Source: Betaproteobacteria bacterium RIFCSPLOWO2_02_FULL_63_19
GTDB lineage: Bacteria; Pseudomonadota; Gammaproteobacteria; Burkholderiales; SG8-39
Length of the DNA stretch: 64,000 nucleotides
Direction: 5' to 3'
Assembly (NCBI GenBank): GCA_001770415.1
Contig: MEQX01000024.1
Location: forward strand, 10,983-74,982
Shown: piece after piece, positions 36,216-48,120 of the stretch
Numbering within the stretch: the stretch's first letter is position 1
How the letters are laid out: each line of letters starts with the position of its first letter
Translations under genes and position numbers: made by a program
The notes under the pieces: model-generated
The model's database searches: none
What the model was told of the DNA's origin: nothing
Seen by the model: only the letters and a program-made list of their open reading frames with translations

Positions 36216-36277
36216 CAGATACCCAATCCGTATTTCGATCTGCCACCCAAGCGTCGCCGAACGCGATCATGGCGCGC

Positions 36278-36961
36278 TCAGCGGTTGTGCGCCTGGCGCT
36301 GGATGATGTTCGAAAACTCCTCCATGAAGCTCTCGAAGCGCACGGCGAGGCGATCCACGTCGTGGGAATAGCGGTTGTACGCGACGACAGCGGGAATCGC
36401 CGCGAACAGGCCAATCGCGGTGGCCACCAGCGCTTCGGCGATTCCCGGCGCCACGGCGGCGAGTGTCGCCTGGTGCACGTTCGCCAGGCCTCGGAACGAA
36501 TGCATGATTCCCCAGACCGTCCCGAGCAGGCCCACGTAGGGGCTCACGGAGCCTACCGAGGCAAGAAACGCCAGGTGCGATTCGAGACGGTCCATTTCGC
36601 GCTGATAGGTGGCGCGCATGGCGCGCCGCGCACCGTCGACAAGTACGCTCGGGTCGGCGGCGCGCTGGGTGCGCAGCTTCGTGTACTCCCTGAATCCCGC
36701 CTCGAATATGCGCTCCAGGCTGCCGGTCGAGTGGCGGTGGTTGACCGCACTCTGATAGAGCGCGCCCAGATCGTTGCCACTCCAGAAATCGCGTTCGAAC
36801 TGCTCGGTCTTTTCGCGCGACTTCCGGATCGTGAAATACTTGTAGAAAATGTAGTACCAGGACATGAACGACACCACCAGCAGCAGCGCCATGACAATTT
36901 GAACGACGACGCTCGCATTCCAGATGAGCGTCAGCATCGACAGGTCTTGGGTAACGTTCAT
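36278..36961 (-). CDS. tolQ: TolQ
   Basis: LASVGSVSPYVGLLGTVWGIM; APGIAEALVATAIGLFAAIPAV. Confidence 0.95.
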   Translation of the reverse strand: MNVTQDLSMLTLIWNASVVVQIVMALLLVVSFMSWYYIFYKYFTIRKSREKTEQFERDFWSGNDLGALYQSAVNHRHSTGSLERIFEAGFREYTKLRTQRAADPSVLVDGARRAMRATYQREMDRLESHLAFLASVGSVSPYVGLLGTVWGIMHSFRGLANVHQATLAAVAPGIAEALVATAIGLFAAIPAVVAYNRYSHDVDRLAVRFESFMEEFSNIIQRQAHNR

Positions 36962-37414
36962 GCGACTTCTTCCAGTTTTCTGCGAATCGCCTCGGGTACG
37001 CCTATCGCCCTGCGGGTGCGAGCATCGACGCACGCGAGCGTGACCTCCGCCGACGCCAACATGACGTTTCCCCGCCTGATTTCCTGTGCAAACACCAGTC
37101 GCGCGCGTCCCAGCCTGCGCAGCCGCGTGCCCACCGAAAGCATATCGTTAAGCAACGCCGGCCTATGGTATGTGATTTGCGCCGAACGCACCATGAACAG
37201 CAGGTGCTGGTCGCGCGCAAGCTGTCCCAGATCGAATCCCAGCGACTGCATCAGCTCGGTACGCGCACACTCCATGAAATCGAGGTAGTTGCCGTGGTAG
37301 ACCACACCCGCGGCATCCGTGTGCTGATAGTAGACGCGCTGATGCCAGGAGAAGTTCTTGCGGCTCCCGACCGTCTCCGGGCCGGACCCGCCGTCGTGGT
37401 CCCGCAGAGTCTTG

Positions 37415-37422
<8 letters not shown>
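36958..37422 (-). CDS. ybgC: Tol-Pal-associated acyl-CoA thioesterase YbgC
   Basis: [23 protein letters not shown]; lies between ruvB and tolQ. Confidence 0.88.
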
Positions 37423-38458
<1,036 letters not shown>

Positions 38459-38486
38459 GCGCTATATTAACTCAGCACCTCGGCGC

Positions 38487-39068
38487 TCAAGCTTTGGATA
38501 ATAGCTTCAGCGCCGCCCGGATGCCGTCCGAAAGCGATTGGCCCTCGGGGAGCTGCTTGACTGCGTGCAATGCCTCTTTTTCGCTGTATCCCAGGCCGAG
38601 CAACGCGTTGATGACATCGGTCGAAGCCGGCGCCGTGCGGTTCACGGCGCCCACGCCTGCCACGTCGGTGCCGAGCTTGCCCCGCAATTCGAGCAGCAGC
38701 CGCTCGGCGGTCTTCTTGCCCACGCCGGGAATCTTCACCAGCCGCCCGGATTCCTGCATGGTCACTGCCTGGACGAGTTCGGCCACTGACAGTCCCGAGA
38801 GTACGGCAAGCGCCGTACGCGCGCCCACGCTGCTGATCTTGAGCAGCTGGCGGAATGCCCGCCGCTCGGTCTCCGCTGCAAAACCATAGAGCAGATGCGC
38901 ATCCTCTCGCACCTGCAGGTGGGTGTAGAGCGTGACACTCTCACCGGTCGAGGGCAAGACGTAGAACGTGCTCATCGGCACTTCGAGTTCGTACCCGACG
39001 CCGCCCGCTTCGACGAGAATCTGCGGCGGATTCTTTTCCAGCAGCACGCCGGTTAACCGACCTATCAT
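38487..39068 (-). CDS. ruvA: Holliday junction branch migration protein RuvA
   Basis: [39 protein letters not shown]. Confidence 0.96.
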   Translation of the reverse strand: MIGRLTGVLLEKNPPQILVEAGGVGYELEVPMSTFYVLPSTGESVTLYTHLQVREDAHLLYGFAAETERRAFRQLLKISSVGARTALAVLSGLSVAELVQAVTMQESGRLVKIPGVGKKTAERLLLELRGKLGTDVAGVGAVNRTAPASTDVINALLGLGYSEKEALHAVKQLPEGQSLSDGIRAALKLLSKA

Positions 39069-39616
39069 GCCGTCCTGCCCTGCAACAGACGCCCGCGGCG
39101 AACCCGGTGACCCAAGGTCGAAAGCGCACCCATCCCCTGACCGCCATGCGCGTGGCAAATGGCGCAAGCAAGGGCATCGGCAGCATCGGAACCCGGCACC
39201 GCGGGCAAACGCAGCAGACGCTTTACCATTTCCTGCACCTGCGCCTTCGCAGCGTGGCCGTTGCCAACGACTGCCTGCTTCACCTGGAGCGCCGTATATT
39301 CGGCCACCGGCAGGCCGGCATCGACTGCGGCACAGATCACCGTTCCGCGCGCTTGACCGAGCGCAAGCGTCGATTGAGGGTTAAGGTTGACGAACACCTT
39401 TTCCACGGCTGCCTGACGCGGCTGATGGATCGCGATGACCTCGCGCAGGCCGTGGAGAATAGACTTCAGGCGCTCGGGCAGTTCATCGCCCGCAGATCGT
39501 ATGCAACCGCTGGTGATGTAGCTCACCCGGGTGCCGGACTTTTCGATCACGCCGAATCCCGTTATGCGCAGGCCGGGGTCGATTCCGATAATTCGCAGCG
39601 GCACCGCCCCGGTCAT
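39065..39616 (-). CDS. ruvC: Crossover junction endodeoxyribonuclease RuvC
   Basis: [38 protein letters not shown]. Confidence 0.96.
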   Translation of the reverse strand: MTGAVPLRIIGIDPGLRITGFGVIEKSGTRVSYITSGCIRSAGDELPERLKSILHGLREVIAIHQPRQAAVEKVFVNLNPQSTLALGQARGTVICAAVDAGLPVAEYTALQVKQAVVGNGHAAKAQVQEMVKRLLRLPAVPGSDAADALACAICHAHGGQGMGALSTLGHRVRRGRLLQGRTA

Positions 39617-39622
39617 TGGCGC

Positions 39623-40351
39623 TCAGCTCTCTCCGATGACAGCCGTGGTGTATACGTTCTGCACGTCGTCGATCGATTCCAGCGCGTCGAGCAGTCTGTT
39701 CATGCGCACCGCGTCGTCACCCGCGAGGTCGTGTTCCATGCCCGGCTTCATCGTGACCTCGGCCAGATCCGGCGTCAGGCCGCTTTTCTCCAGCGATTCC
39801 CTGACCCGGAGAAAATCTCCCGGCGCACACAGCACTTCCATCGAACCGTCGCCGTTCGTCACGACATCGTCCGCACCTGCCTCCAGCGCGGCCTCCATTA
39901 CTCTTTCCTCGCTAGCGCCCGGAGCGAAAACGAACTGCCCGCAGTGCTTGAACAGATACGCCACCGAGCCATCGGTACCCAGGTTGCCGCCGTTCTTGGT
40001 GAATGCGTGGCGCACGTCTGCCACAGTGCGGGTCCGATTGTCGGTGAGACATTCGACCATTACCGCCGCACCGCCGACCCCGTAGCCCTCGTACCGGACT
40101 TCCTCGTAATGAACCCCCTCAAGATCGCCGCTGCCGCGCTTGATGGCCCGCTCGATGGTGTCTTTCGGCATGTTGGCGCCGTAGGCCCTGTCCACTGCGA
40201 GGCGCAGCCGAGGATTCATGTTCGGATCGGCGCCGCCCATGCGCGCGGCTACGGTGACCTCCTTGATCAGGCGCGTAAAAATCTTGCCCTTCTTGGCATC
40301 GGCCAATGCCTTCTTGTGCTTGATGTTTGCCCATTTCGAGTGGCCTGCCAT
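39623..40351 (-). CDS. yebC: YebC/PmpR family protein
   Basis: [33 protein letters not shown]. Confidence 0.95.
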   Translation of the reverse strand: MAGHSKWANIKHKKALADAKKGKIFTRLIKEVTVAARMGGADPNMNPRLRLAVDRAYGANMPKDTIERAIKRGSGDLEGVHYEEVRYEGYGVGGAAVMVECLTDNRTRTVADVRHAFTKNGGNLGTDGSVAYLFKHCGQFVFAPGASEERVMEAALEAGADDVVTNGDGSMEVLCAPGDFLRVRESLEKSGLTPDLAEVTMKPGMEHDLAGDDAVRMNRLLDALESIDDVQNVYTTAVIGES

Positions 40352-40560
40352 ATGAGCCTGATTATCCCCTGACCTTGAAGCAGCGGCGACGTATAATTTT
40401 AGCATCGCCATAGCGCCCCACCGGCATTGCGTTGACCCGCTGCCCGGGTTCGCATGCCGCATCCCGATCGCACAAGCCGGCAAGATCGAGCTCCGACCGA
40501 CGGGCGGGTGGCATGTGCCCTTCGAATCGCCGCGGGCAGCATTCACTGGAGGAGAAACGC

Positions 40561-41340
40561 ATGGATCTTGGAATTCGGGGAAGGAATGCACTGGTATGCG
40601 GCGCAAGCAAGGGACTGGGCCGCGCCTGCGCGACATCGCTCGCGCGCGAGGGTTGCAGCGTCACCATCGTCGCGCGCGACCGGGAGCAGTTGGCGAGGAC
40701 GGCAGCCGCTATCCGCGCCGCCACCGGCGCCAAAATCACGGTGGTCGCGACCGACATCACCACCGACGAGGGCAGAGCCGCAGCGCTGGACGCAGCGGGA
40801 ACCCTGGACATCCTGGTGAACAACGCAGGCGGCCCTCCAACGGGGGATTTCCGAAAGTTTTCGCGCGACGACTGGCTGCGCGCGCTGAACGGCAACATGC
40901 TCACCCCTATCGAACTCATCCGTGCCACGGTCGATGGCATGATGGAACGAAAGTTCGGTCGCATCGTCAACATTACGTCCAGCGCCGTCAAAGCACCCAT
41001 CAATGTGCTCGCGCTATCCAACGGTGCCCGAAGCGGACTCACCGGATTCATCGCTGGAATCGCTCGCGAATCCGTGCGTCACAACGTAACCATTAACAAT
41101 CTGCTGCCCGGTGCATTCGCGACCGACAGGCTCAAGACCATGTTCGCAGCGCAAGGGAAGGCGGCCGGCATTTCCACCGAACAGGCGATGGACGAACGCC
41201 GCAAGACCATTCCTGCCGGACGCTTCGGCGAACCCGAGGAATTCGGCGAGGCGTGTGCATACTTGTGTAGTGCACAGGCGGGCTTCGTGACCGGCCAGAA
41301 TTTTCTGATCGACGGCGGCGCGTATCCGGGAACCTTCTAG
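40561..41340 (+). CDS. SDR family oxidoreductase (3-oxoacyl-ACP reductase-like)
   Basis: [41 protein letters not shown]. Confidence 0.9.
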   Translation: MDLGIRGRNALVCGASKGLGRACATSLAREGCSVTIVARDREQLARTAAAIRAATGAKITVVATDITTDEGRAAALDAAGTLDILVNNAGGPPTGDFRKFSRDDWLRALNGNMLTPIELIRATVDGMMERKFGRIVNITSSAVKAPINVLALSNGARSGLTGFIAGIARESVRHNVTINNLLPGAFATDRLKTMFAAQGKAAGISTEQAMDERRKTIPAGRFGEPEEFGEACAYLCSAQAGFVTGQNFLIDGGAYPGTF

Positions 41341-41353
41341 GGCCTATTGACAT

Positions 41354-42532
41354 TCACCGCGCGAGTGTTCGATCAGCGGCGCCTTTCCGCGTCCGCATCG
41401 TCTTCAGCAGTTCGCTCGCTTGAGCGATCCCCTGTTCTTGCGCCTTGGCCGCCCAAACCCGCGCGGCCGCCGGATCGCGATCTGTGCCGATACCATAGGC
41501 GAGCATCCGCGCCAGATTGAATTGTGCGGCCGCAAAGCCGCTCTCGGCGCTCTTGCGGTACCACTGCAGCGCCTGTCGCGGCTCAAGCGAGACCCCGCGT
41601 CCGGTTTCGAGAAGTTCCCCGAGGTTGTTCTGCGCGACGAAATCGCCCGCTTCGGCCGCGGCCCTATACAACTCCGCGGCCCGCTTTAGCGATTCCCGCG
41701 TTCCCTCCCTTACGTTGAGCCAGGCGAGCACGCTCGTGGCACCGACTCGGCCCTGCGCGGCGGCCGGCTCCAGCCATTTCTTCCCGCAGGCGGGGTCGAC
41801 GCGAGCGCCTTCGATACACGCACGGCCCATCGCCTCCTGAGCCGCGGCGTCGCCCCCGGCGGCAGCCTTCTCCAGCCATTGACGTGCCTTTTCCGGATCG
41901 GTCTTCGACAGGCAAACTGAGGTCCGGTACGCGGCTGCAGCATGACCGAGATCAGCCGCCCGCGCGAAAAATTTGCAGCCGCGCGCGGAGTCAGCGGCGA
42001 CCAGAATGCCGTCGGAATAATAAAGGCCGAGCGCGGCCGTGGCGCGTTCGGGTTCCGTGCGCGAGATCCGCGTCACGCGCCACACCGTGTCTGCGAGCGT
42101 CGTTCGAATCATCGTCAGATAGGCCGCTGAGTCCCGCACGTGACCGAGCGATTGCGCGTGCAGAACGCGATTGGCAGCCTCGATCGATATCCAACCCAGG
42201 TTTTGGCGGATGGTTTCGTCTTTTTGTTTGACCTTGACCACCTTGCGATGCGCGGCGATCAGCTTTTCCAGCTCGACGAGCGATCGCTTGGCAAGGTCCC
42301 CCGGCCGCAAGGGCGCAATGCGAGGCGCCGGGGCCGGCCGGCGCCTCGCGGACGGCCCCGGCGCCGATCGACGAGGGCGTTTGGCAACTGGCGATTCGGA
42401 ATGGGTCGCGCCCCTTTCGCTACGCTTGAGTTCCTCTTGTCCGGCACCTTGCGCGCAGGCGGTCTCCGCGGACGCCGCGACGAGCAGGAATCCAAGCAGC
42501 CAAAACATCGCCACGATAAACAGCCTATCCAT
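41354..42532 (-). CDS. Secreted Sel1-repeat protein
   Basis: Signal peptide MDRLFIVAMFW..; repeats AQNNLGELLETGRGV, AQFNLARMLAYGIG; start inferred. Confidence 0.8.
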   Translation of the reverse strand: MDRLFIVAMFWLLGFLLVAASAETACAQGAGQEELKRSERGATHSESPVAKRPRRSAPGPSARRRPAPAPRIAPLRPGDLAKRSLVELEKLIAAHRKVVKVKQKDETIRQNLGWISIEAANRVLHAQSLGHVRDSAAYLTMIRTTLADTVWRVTRISRTEPERATAALGLYYSDGILVAADSARGCKFFARAADLGHAAAAYRTSVCLSKTDPEKARQWLEKAAAGGDAAAQEAMGRACIEGARVDPACGKKWLEPAAAQGRVGATSVLAWLNVREGTRESLKRAAELYRAAAEAGDFVAQNNLGELLETGRGVSLEPRQALQWYRKSAESGFAAAQFNLARMLAYGIGTDRDPAAARVWAAKAQEQGIAQASELLKTMRTRKGAADRTLAR

Positions 42533-42632
42533 GGGTAGTCTCGGACCGAAAAACACGCTGAGAATGGACGATTTCGCGACGCGCATCAAGTGCGGTGAAC
42601 CCCGATCGCCGTTCAGCTCGCGCGTTCGCCGC

Positions 42633-43691
42633 TCAGCCGCTGAACCGGAAGTGGACGATGTCCCCGTCCTGCACCACGTAATCGCGCCCCTCCAGGCGGT
42701 ACTTCCCGGCCTTCTTCGCTGCGGCCTCGCTGCCGAGCGCAATGAAGTCATCGTAGGCGATGACTTCGGCACGAATGAACCCCTTCTCGATGTCCGCATG
42801 TACGGCCCCGGCGGCGCGCGGGGCACGCGTGCCACGACGAATGGTCCACGCGCGGCACTCGTCCTCACCGGTCGTGAGAAAGCTGACGAGCCCCAGCGCA
42901 CGATAGACTTCGCGGACCATGATGTCGAGAACCGGTTCTCGTACGCCGAGCAATTCGCGGAATTCCTTCCGATCCTCCTCGGGCATGGCCTGGATCTCGC
43001 CCTCGGACTTGGCGCAACATGCAAACGTCGGCATGCCGGCCACGGGGAGGCCAAACCGCGCCAGTACCTCGGCGGTCGGCTTCGCGATTTCGTCCTCGCC
43101 CAGGTTGACCATCGCGAGAATGGGACGCGCCGTCAGGAACGCGTAGGTCCGCAGTTCCGGACGGGCAGCGAGTTCAGGATCGTCGTAAATGCGCTGGTTG
43201 TTATCGACCAGCTTGAAGCAGCGATCGAGTGCATCACGCTCCTCGCCCGGCATGCCCTGCTTGCCCTTCTTGCGCTCGATGCCGTCGCGTTCGAGGCGGG
43301 TCTCGACCAGCATCAGGTCGGACACGATCATTTCCGACAAGAGCGCGTCGATATCCGCGCGCGGATCGTTCAGCCCCTCCTCGTCGAAGGCGCGAACGAC
43401 CAGCAGGAAGGCGTCCATCGGCTTGACCAGGTTCAAGAACCCGGCGTCGAGAGCCGACTTGTTGACCCTGCTCTCGCCCTTGTGGGCCGCATGCGCCTCG
43501 ACAAGTTCGATGACAGCATGAGTCGTCTTCTTGGGATGGTACATCCCGGATAGCGTGTCGACTCGGTTGTCCGGGACCTTCACGCTGCCGAGCGTGATCC
43601 CGCCCTTCGCGCGGCCCGGCTCGGCACCAGTCAGCGCCGAAAAAAGGGCCGTCTTGCCACTCTGGGGAAAACCGACGAGTGCGACTTTCAT
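42633..43691 (-). CDS. ychF: Divergent YchF-like OBG-family NTPase with C-terminal TGS (DUF933) domain
   Basis: GFPQSGKT P-loop; VKVPDNRV; SFLTTGEDECRAWTI, KGFIRAEV, EGRDYVVQDGD; directly after pth. Confidence 0.8.
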   Translation of the reverse strand: MKVALVGFPQSGKTALFSALTGAEPGRAKGGITLGSVKVPDNRVDTLSGMYHPKKTTHAVIELVEAHAAHKGESRVNKSALDAGFLNLVKPMDAFLLVVRAFDEEGLNDPRADIDALLSEMIVSDLMLVETRLERDGIERKKGKQGMPGEERDALDRCFKLVDNNQRIYDDPELAARPELRTYAFLTARPILAMVNLGEDEIAKPTAEVLARFGLPVAGMPTFACCAKSEGEIQAMPEEDRKEFRELLGVREPVLDIMVREVYRALGLVSFLTTGEDECRAWTIRRGTRAPRAAGAVHADIEKGFIRAEVIAYDDFIALGSEAAAKKAGKYRLEGRDYVVQDGDIVHFRFSG

Positions 43692-43727
43692 TGGCCTCTT
43701 AGCTAGGGTGAAAAATGGACGCGCGCC

Positions 43728-44336
43728 TCAGTTCTTCCCGTCCGAATCCGCCGGCTCAGGCTTGTCCCGGGTATGAAGCTTCAGCATCGCGGCGTGCATG
43801 TCGCCGGCCAGAATCCACGGCGAGACTTGCAGGCAGCGATCGACTGCCGATTCAATCAACTCACGCTCGGGCGCCGGTGGTGCCGACAACACATAATCAG
43901 CAACGATATTCTTGTCACCGGGATGCCCGATGCCGATGCGCAACCGCCAATAGTCCTGCGTGCCCAATTGCTCGGCAATGTCCCGCAGGCCGTTGTGACC
44001 GGCCACGCCCCCGCCCCGCTTGAGCTTCGCCGCACCCGGCGCGAAATCAAGTTCGTCGTGCACGACCAGGCATTCTTCGGGCCGAATCCTGTAATACCGC
44101 GCCAGCGAACCCACCGCCATCCCGGAGGCGTTCATGTAGGTCTGCGGCATTATCAACCAGACCTCGCTCGAGCCGCGGCTCACCTTTCCGACTATCGCGT
44201 GAAACTTCGGCTGCGAGCGCATCTCCACTTCCTGCCTCACGGCCAAGCGTGATAGAAACCAAAAGCCGGCATTGTGTCGGTCTCTTTCGTGTTTTCGCCC
44301 TGGATTGCCCAGACCGGCGATGAGTCGAATCGACAT
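43728..44336 (-). CDS. pth: Peptidyl-tRNA hydrolase
   Basis: LIAGLGNPG, RHNAGF, TYMNASG, VVHDELD, GHNGLR, RLRIGIGHP. Confidence 0.97.
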   Translation of the reverse strand: MSIRLIAGLGNPGRKHERDRHNAGFWFLSRLAVRQEVEMRSQPKFHAIVGKVSRGSSEVWLIMPQTYMNASGMAVGSLARYYRIRPEECLVVHDELDFAPGAAKLKRGGGVAGHNGLRDIAEQLGTQDYWRLRIGIGHPGDKNIVADYVLSAPPAPERELIESAVDRCLQVSPWILAGDMHAAMLKLHTRDKPEPADSDGKN

Positions 44337-44405
44337 GTGGATAGACCAAGGGCGCGGAACCTGGCGCCGCGCCCTTGGTGCTGGTTGGACGCGAGCTTGG
44401 ACCTT

Positions 44406-45110
44406 CTACGCCTTGCCGCCTTTTTTCTCGGCGGCAGGCTCCGGCTCTGCCTTCGCCGGTTGCTTGGTGGCGGGAACTTCCGCGGCCGCCGGAGTTTCGA
44501 CCGCGGCCACGGCCTCGGCAGCCACCTCCTCCTCGGCAACCACGAGCTTCGGAATTTGTGCAGTCGCGACCGGCGGGTTTTCCGCTCCCTTCAGGGAAAG
44601 TTCAACACCCTTGGGCATCTGGAGATCGCGAACGTGCAGCGAATGACCGACGGTAAGCTCGGAAAGATCGACTGTGACGAACTCCGGCAGGTCTGCCGGC
44701 AGGCAGCGGATGCGCAGCTCGTTCATGACGTGGTTCACGACGCCTCCCGAGAGCTTCACCGCAGGCGAAACCTCGGCGTTGACGAAATGCAACGGCACCT
44801 TCATTTGGATCTTTTCGTCGGCCGAAACCCGCTGGAAATCGATGTGCTGCACCTGCGGCTTCCAGGGATGCATGTTGAACGCTCGAAGCAGAACCGGCTC
44901 AGACGTATCGTCGAGCTTGAGCGTCAGTATCGATGCGTGAAACTTTTCGCCGCGCAACTGATGGAACAGCCCGTTGTGGTCGATCTCTATGTTTACGGCG
45001 GGCTTCTTGCCCCCGTAAACGATCCCGGGAACCTTTCCCGCCAGACGCAGGCGGCGGCTCGCACCCGTACCCTGCTGTTTGCGCGTTTGCGCAATAACTT
45101 CCATTGCCAT
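44406..45110 (-). CDS. rplY: 50S ribosomal protein L25/CTC
   Basis: [31 protein letters not shown]; RBS GGAGG. Confidence 0.95.
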   Translation of the reverse strand: MAMEVIAQTRKQQGTGASRRLRLAGKVPGIVYGGKKPAVNIEIDHNGLFHQLRGEKFHASILTLKLDDTSEPVLLRAFNMHPWKPQVQHIDFQRVSADEKIQMKVPLHFVNAEVSPAVKLSGGVVNHVMNELRIRCLPADLPEFVTVDLSELTVGHSLHVRDLQMPKGVELSLKGAENPPVATAQIPKLVVAEEEVAAEAVAAVETPAAAEVPATKQPAKAEPEPAAEKKGGKA

Positions 45111-45182
45111 TTTTGCCTCCATATTGACTCCTCGTCGTTCCGACTCGGAGAGTTCTCAAGGGCGATAACCCCTGTTCCAAAT

Positions 45183-45206
45183 GTCCCGCCCGCGACCAGG
45201 CCGGAC
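45183..45206 (-). promoter_or_regulatory. Hairpin in the prs-rplY spacer (possible L25 leader element)
   Basis: Minus strand GTCCGGCC-TGGTCGC-GGGCGGGAC, an imperfect stem. Confidence 0.3.
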
Positions 45207-45230
45207 TACTTCAACTGCCAAATTGAATTC

Positions 45231-46181
45231 CTATTCGATAAACAGCGAACTGACCGAGTCCTCGTTGCTGATGCGAAGAATTGTCTCGGCCAGCAGGCCG
45301 GCAACCGAAAGCACCCTGATTTTCCCGCACGCCTGCGCGTCCTTTCTCAACGGGATCGAATCGGTCACGACGAGCTCGTCCAGCGCCGACTCGTCGATCC
45401 GCTGCACCGCGTTACCGGAGAGCACCGCGTGCGTGCAATATGAAACGACTCGCGTCGCGCCCTCGCTCTTCAGCGCATCGGCGGCTTTGACCAGCGTTCC
45501 TGCCGTGTCGACGATATCGTCCATGATCACACAGGTGCGCCCGTTCACGTCGCCGATGATGTTCATTACCTCCGAGACATTGGCTTTCGGTCGACGCTTA
45601 TCGATGATCGCCAAGTCGGACTCCAGGCGCTTGGCGATCGCCCGCGCCCGCACCACCCCGCCCACGTCTGGCGACACCACCAACAAATTGTCGTATTGGT
45701 GCTTCCACACGTCCCCGAGCAGAATCGGCGTCGCGTAGACATTGTCCACCGGAACATCGAAGAATCCTTGGATCTGGTCGGCGTGCAGATCCATCGTCAG
45801 AACCCGGTCTACCCCCACCGCATGGAGCATGTTCGCCACGACTTTGGCCGAAATGGCTACCCTTGCCGAGCGCGGTCGCCGGTCCTGGCGCGCGTAACCG
45901 AAATATGGAATCGCCGCGGTCACCCGCGAGGCCGACGCCCTCTTCAACGCATCGACCATCAGCAGGATTTCCACCAGGTTGTCGTTGGTGGGATGACAAG
46001 TGGATTGAAGAACAAAACAGTCTTTGCCCCGCACATTCTCCAGTAGCTCGACCATGACCTCGCCGTCGGAGAATTTCGATACCGAAGCCTGCCCCAAAGG
46101 TATATTGAGCCGCCTCACGACGGCGTGCGCGAGCAACGGATTGGCGTTGCCGGTGAAGACCATCAGGCTTTCGTAGGCCAT
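45231..46181 (-). CDS. prs: Ribose-phosphate pyrophosphokinase
   Basis: [42 protein letters not shown]. Confidence 0.97.
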   Translation of the reverse strand: MAYESLMVFTGNANPLLAHAVVRRLNIPLGQASVSKFSDGEVMVELLENVRGKDCFVLQSTCHPTNDNLVEILLMVDALKRASASRVTAAIPYFGYARQDRRPRSARVAISAKVVANMLHAVGVDRVLTMDLHADQIQGFFDVPVDNVYATPILLGDVWKHQYDNLLVVSPDVGGVVRARAIAKRLESDLAIIDKRRPKANVSEVMNIIGDVNGRTCVIMDDIVDTAGTLVKAADALKSEGATRVVSYCTHAVLSGNAVQRIDESALDELVVTDSIPLRKDAQACGKIRVLSVAGLLAETILRISNEDSVSSLFIE

Positions 46182-46415
46182 CGTCTCAGTTCCGCCTCAA
46201 TACACCGCTGTAACGATCGACAAGGACCACCCAGTGCGCCGCGTGGCGGCGCAAAACCTCTGCGTCGCTGGACGAACGACTAAGTTGCACCACCGACCTC
46301 GGTTCTGCTTATGCGGACTTCGTACCTCTGAATACCTCGCCGTCACGCACGAACTCCGATCGCGGCGCTTTGAAAACATCCATTCTGCGACCCGCCGCCC
46401 TCTGCGGCAGGTGTC

Positions 46416-46492
46416 TGGCTGGGGAGGAAGGATTCGAACCTTCGCATGTCGGAATCAAAATCCGGTGCCTTAACCAGCTTGGCGACTCCCCA
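46416..46492 (-). tRNA. tRNA-Gln(UUG)
   Basis: TGGGGAGTCGCCAAGCTGGTTAAGGCACCGGATTTTGATTCCGACATGCGAAGGTTCGAATCCTTCCTCCCCAGCCA; between ispE and prs. Confidence 0.96.
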
Positions 46493-46527
46493 AAATGCAA
46501 TCGTCCCGCCGCTCGACCGATATTTCC

Positions 46528-47409
46528 CTATTTTCCGGTTTCGCCGGCCTTGGTTCGGCTCGGACCAGACGCCAAAGGATGCTCGTCGAGTCCCCGTACC
46601 GCAAACCCGCGCATATCCGCGGGCAGCGCCGACACCACCGCGCGGGCGCGACGTTCGGTAGAGAATCCGGCGAAAACACAGCTACCGGACCCGCTCATGC
46701 GCGCATCTCCAAATGCCTTCAACCACGCGAGGTAAGCGGCCACCACAGGATATCGCCTGCTTACGACGGGCTCCAAGTCATTGTGCCCGAACCCGTCGGA
46801 AAAGCTTGATATTTTGATGCTTTTTGTATCTCGTGTCAATTCCGGTGCAGCGAAAATGTCAGCGGTGGACACCGCCACTGGAGGTACCAAAACGACGTAC
46901 CAGGTGGGCGGCAGTCGCAAGGGCCGAAGTTGGTCACCGACTCCCTCGCCAAAGGCGTTTTCCCGGCACAGGAAGAACGGCACATCGGCCCCGAGGCCGC
47001 GGCCCAGATCCGCCAGGCGCTGCGAGGACAGATCCAGGCCCCACAAGCGGTCGAGCGCGATGAGCGTCGTCGCTGCGTCCGAACTGCCGCCCCCAAGGCC
47101 CGCACCGGTCGGGATGTTCTTCTCGATCGAGATTTCAATCCCGCGCTGACATCCGGATTCGCGCTGCAGTAATCGCGCGGCACGCACGCACAACTCGTCA
47201 TTCTCCTCGACCCCGGGTAGCGGCTTCGCCAAACGCACCTCGGCGCTCGAAAGCGGCGTGAATCTAACCCAATCGCTCAAGTCGATCAAACGAAAGACGG
47301 TCTGCAAAAGATGATAGCCGTCCGCGCGTCTCCCAACGACGTGCAAGAACAGATTTAGCTTCGCCGGTGCGGGCCAGGCCCGGTTCCAATCGTCCAGGGG
47401 GTTGATCAC
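46528..47409 (-). CDS. ispE: 4-diphosphocytidyl-2C-methyl-D-erythritol kinase
   Basis: PAPAKLNLFLHV, GYHLLQT, GAGLGGGSSDAA, LGADVPFF, MSGSGSCVF. Confidence 0.96.
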   Translation of the reverse strand: MINPLDDWNRAWPAPAKLNLFLHVVGRRADGYHLLQTVFRLIDLSDWVRFTPLSSAEVRLAKPLPGVEENDELCVRAARLLQRESGCQRGIEISIEKNIPTGAGLGGGSSDAATTLIALDRLWGLDLSSQRLADLGRGLGADVPFFLCRENAFGEGVGDQLRPLRLPPTWYVVLVPPVAVSTADIFAAPELTRDTKSIKISSFSDGFGHNDLEPVVSRRYPVVAAYLAWLKAFGDARMSGSGSCVFAGFSTERRARAVVSALPADMRGFAVRGLDEHPLASGPSRTKAGETGK

Positions 47410-47436
47410 CTTTTCACGCCGTACGGATATGCCCTT

Positions 47437-48054
47437 TCATTGCGGTGCCGTCCACTCATCCACGATCAGACGAATCTCGATATTGTCGCGCGACATGCGC
47501 AGCATCAACGGACGGGCGCCCTCGTATTCCTGATACTCAATCCCCCAACCGTTCTGCTCGAGTTCGCGGAGGCGTGATCGCGCGTCGCGCGCGACCCTCG
47601 CGGGATACGCCGGATCGGCGCGTCCTTGCACCCAGTCCGGCAATCCGGCAAGAGGCAGACGCCATCCAAGTATTCGTTCCGTCAGTGATTCGGCCTCGGA
47701 CGCCTTGTACCGGCTCTGATCTGCCGTTACCAGTTCGACGCTTCCGCGTCGCCGCGTGATACGGGCGATGCCCTGTCCGAGCACCGAAGTAATCAACATT
47801 TCGTCGAAGTCCGAACCGTGCCGCCACACGATACGGCCGTTCATGCCTTCGCGGCCATGCCGCACCGCCACCCGTCCGACCAGCTCGAATCCGTTTTTCA
47901 CCGGACCGGCATCCAGCGTATCCGGCAACGATGCACATCCGGTCAGCAATGCAGAGACAACAACCAATGCTGATCCGAATCCATACGCGAGAGACGGCGT
48001 GGCACGCTGAAGAAGGCCCTCGCGCAGAACTGTCGGGTCCCCACCGTCGTGCAT
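47437..48054 (-). CDS. lolB: Outer-membrane lipoprotein insertase LolB (true start probably downstream of ORF start)
   Basis: Lipobox LTGC; LGWRLPLAGLPDWVQG, QNGWGIEY; upstream of ispE. Confidence 0.88.
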   Translation of the reverse strand: MHDGGDPTVLREGLLQRATPSLAYGFGSALVVVSALLTGCASLPDTLDAGPVKNGFELVGRVAVRHGREGMNGRIVWRHGSDFDEMLITSVLGQGIARITRRRGSVELVTADQSRYKASEAESLTERILGWRLPLAGLPDWVQGRADPAYPARVARDARSRLRELEQNGWGIEYQEYEGARPLMLRMSRDNIEIRLIVDEWTAPQ

Positions 48055-48120
48055 GCTGCTCTCGTATCCTGAGTCGCTGCGTCGCCGCCAAGTTGAACGT
48101 CGTTCAACGAACCAGCGGCA

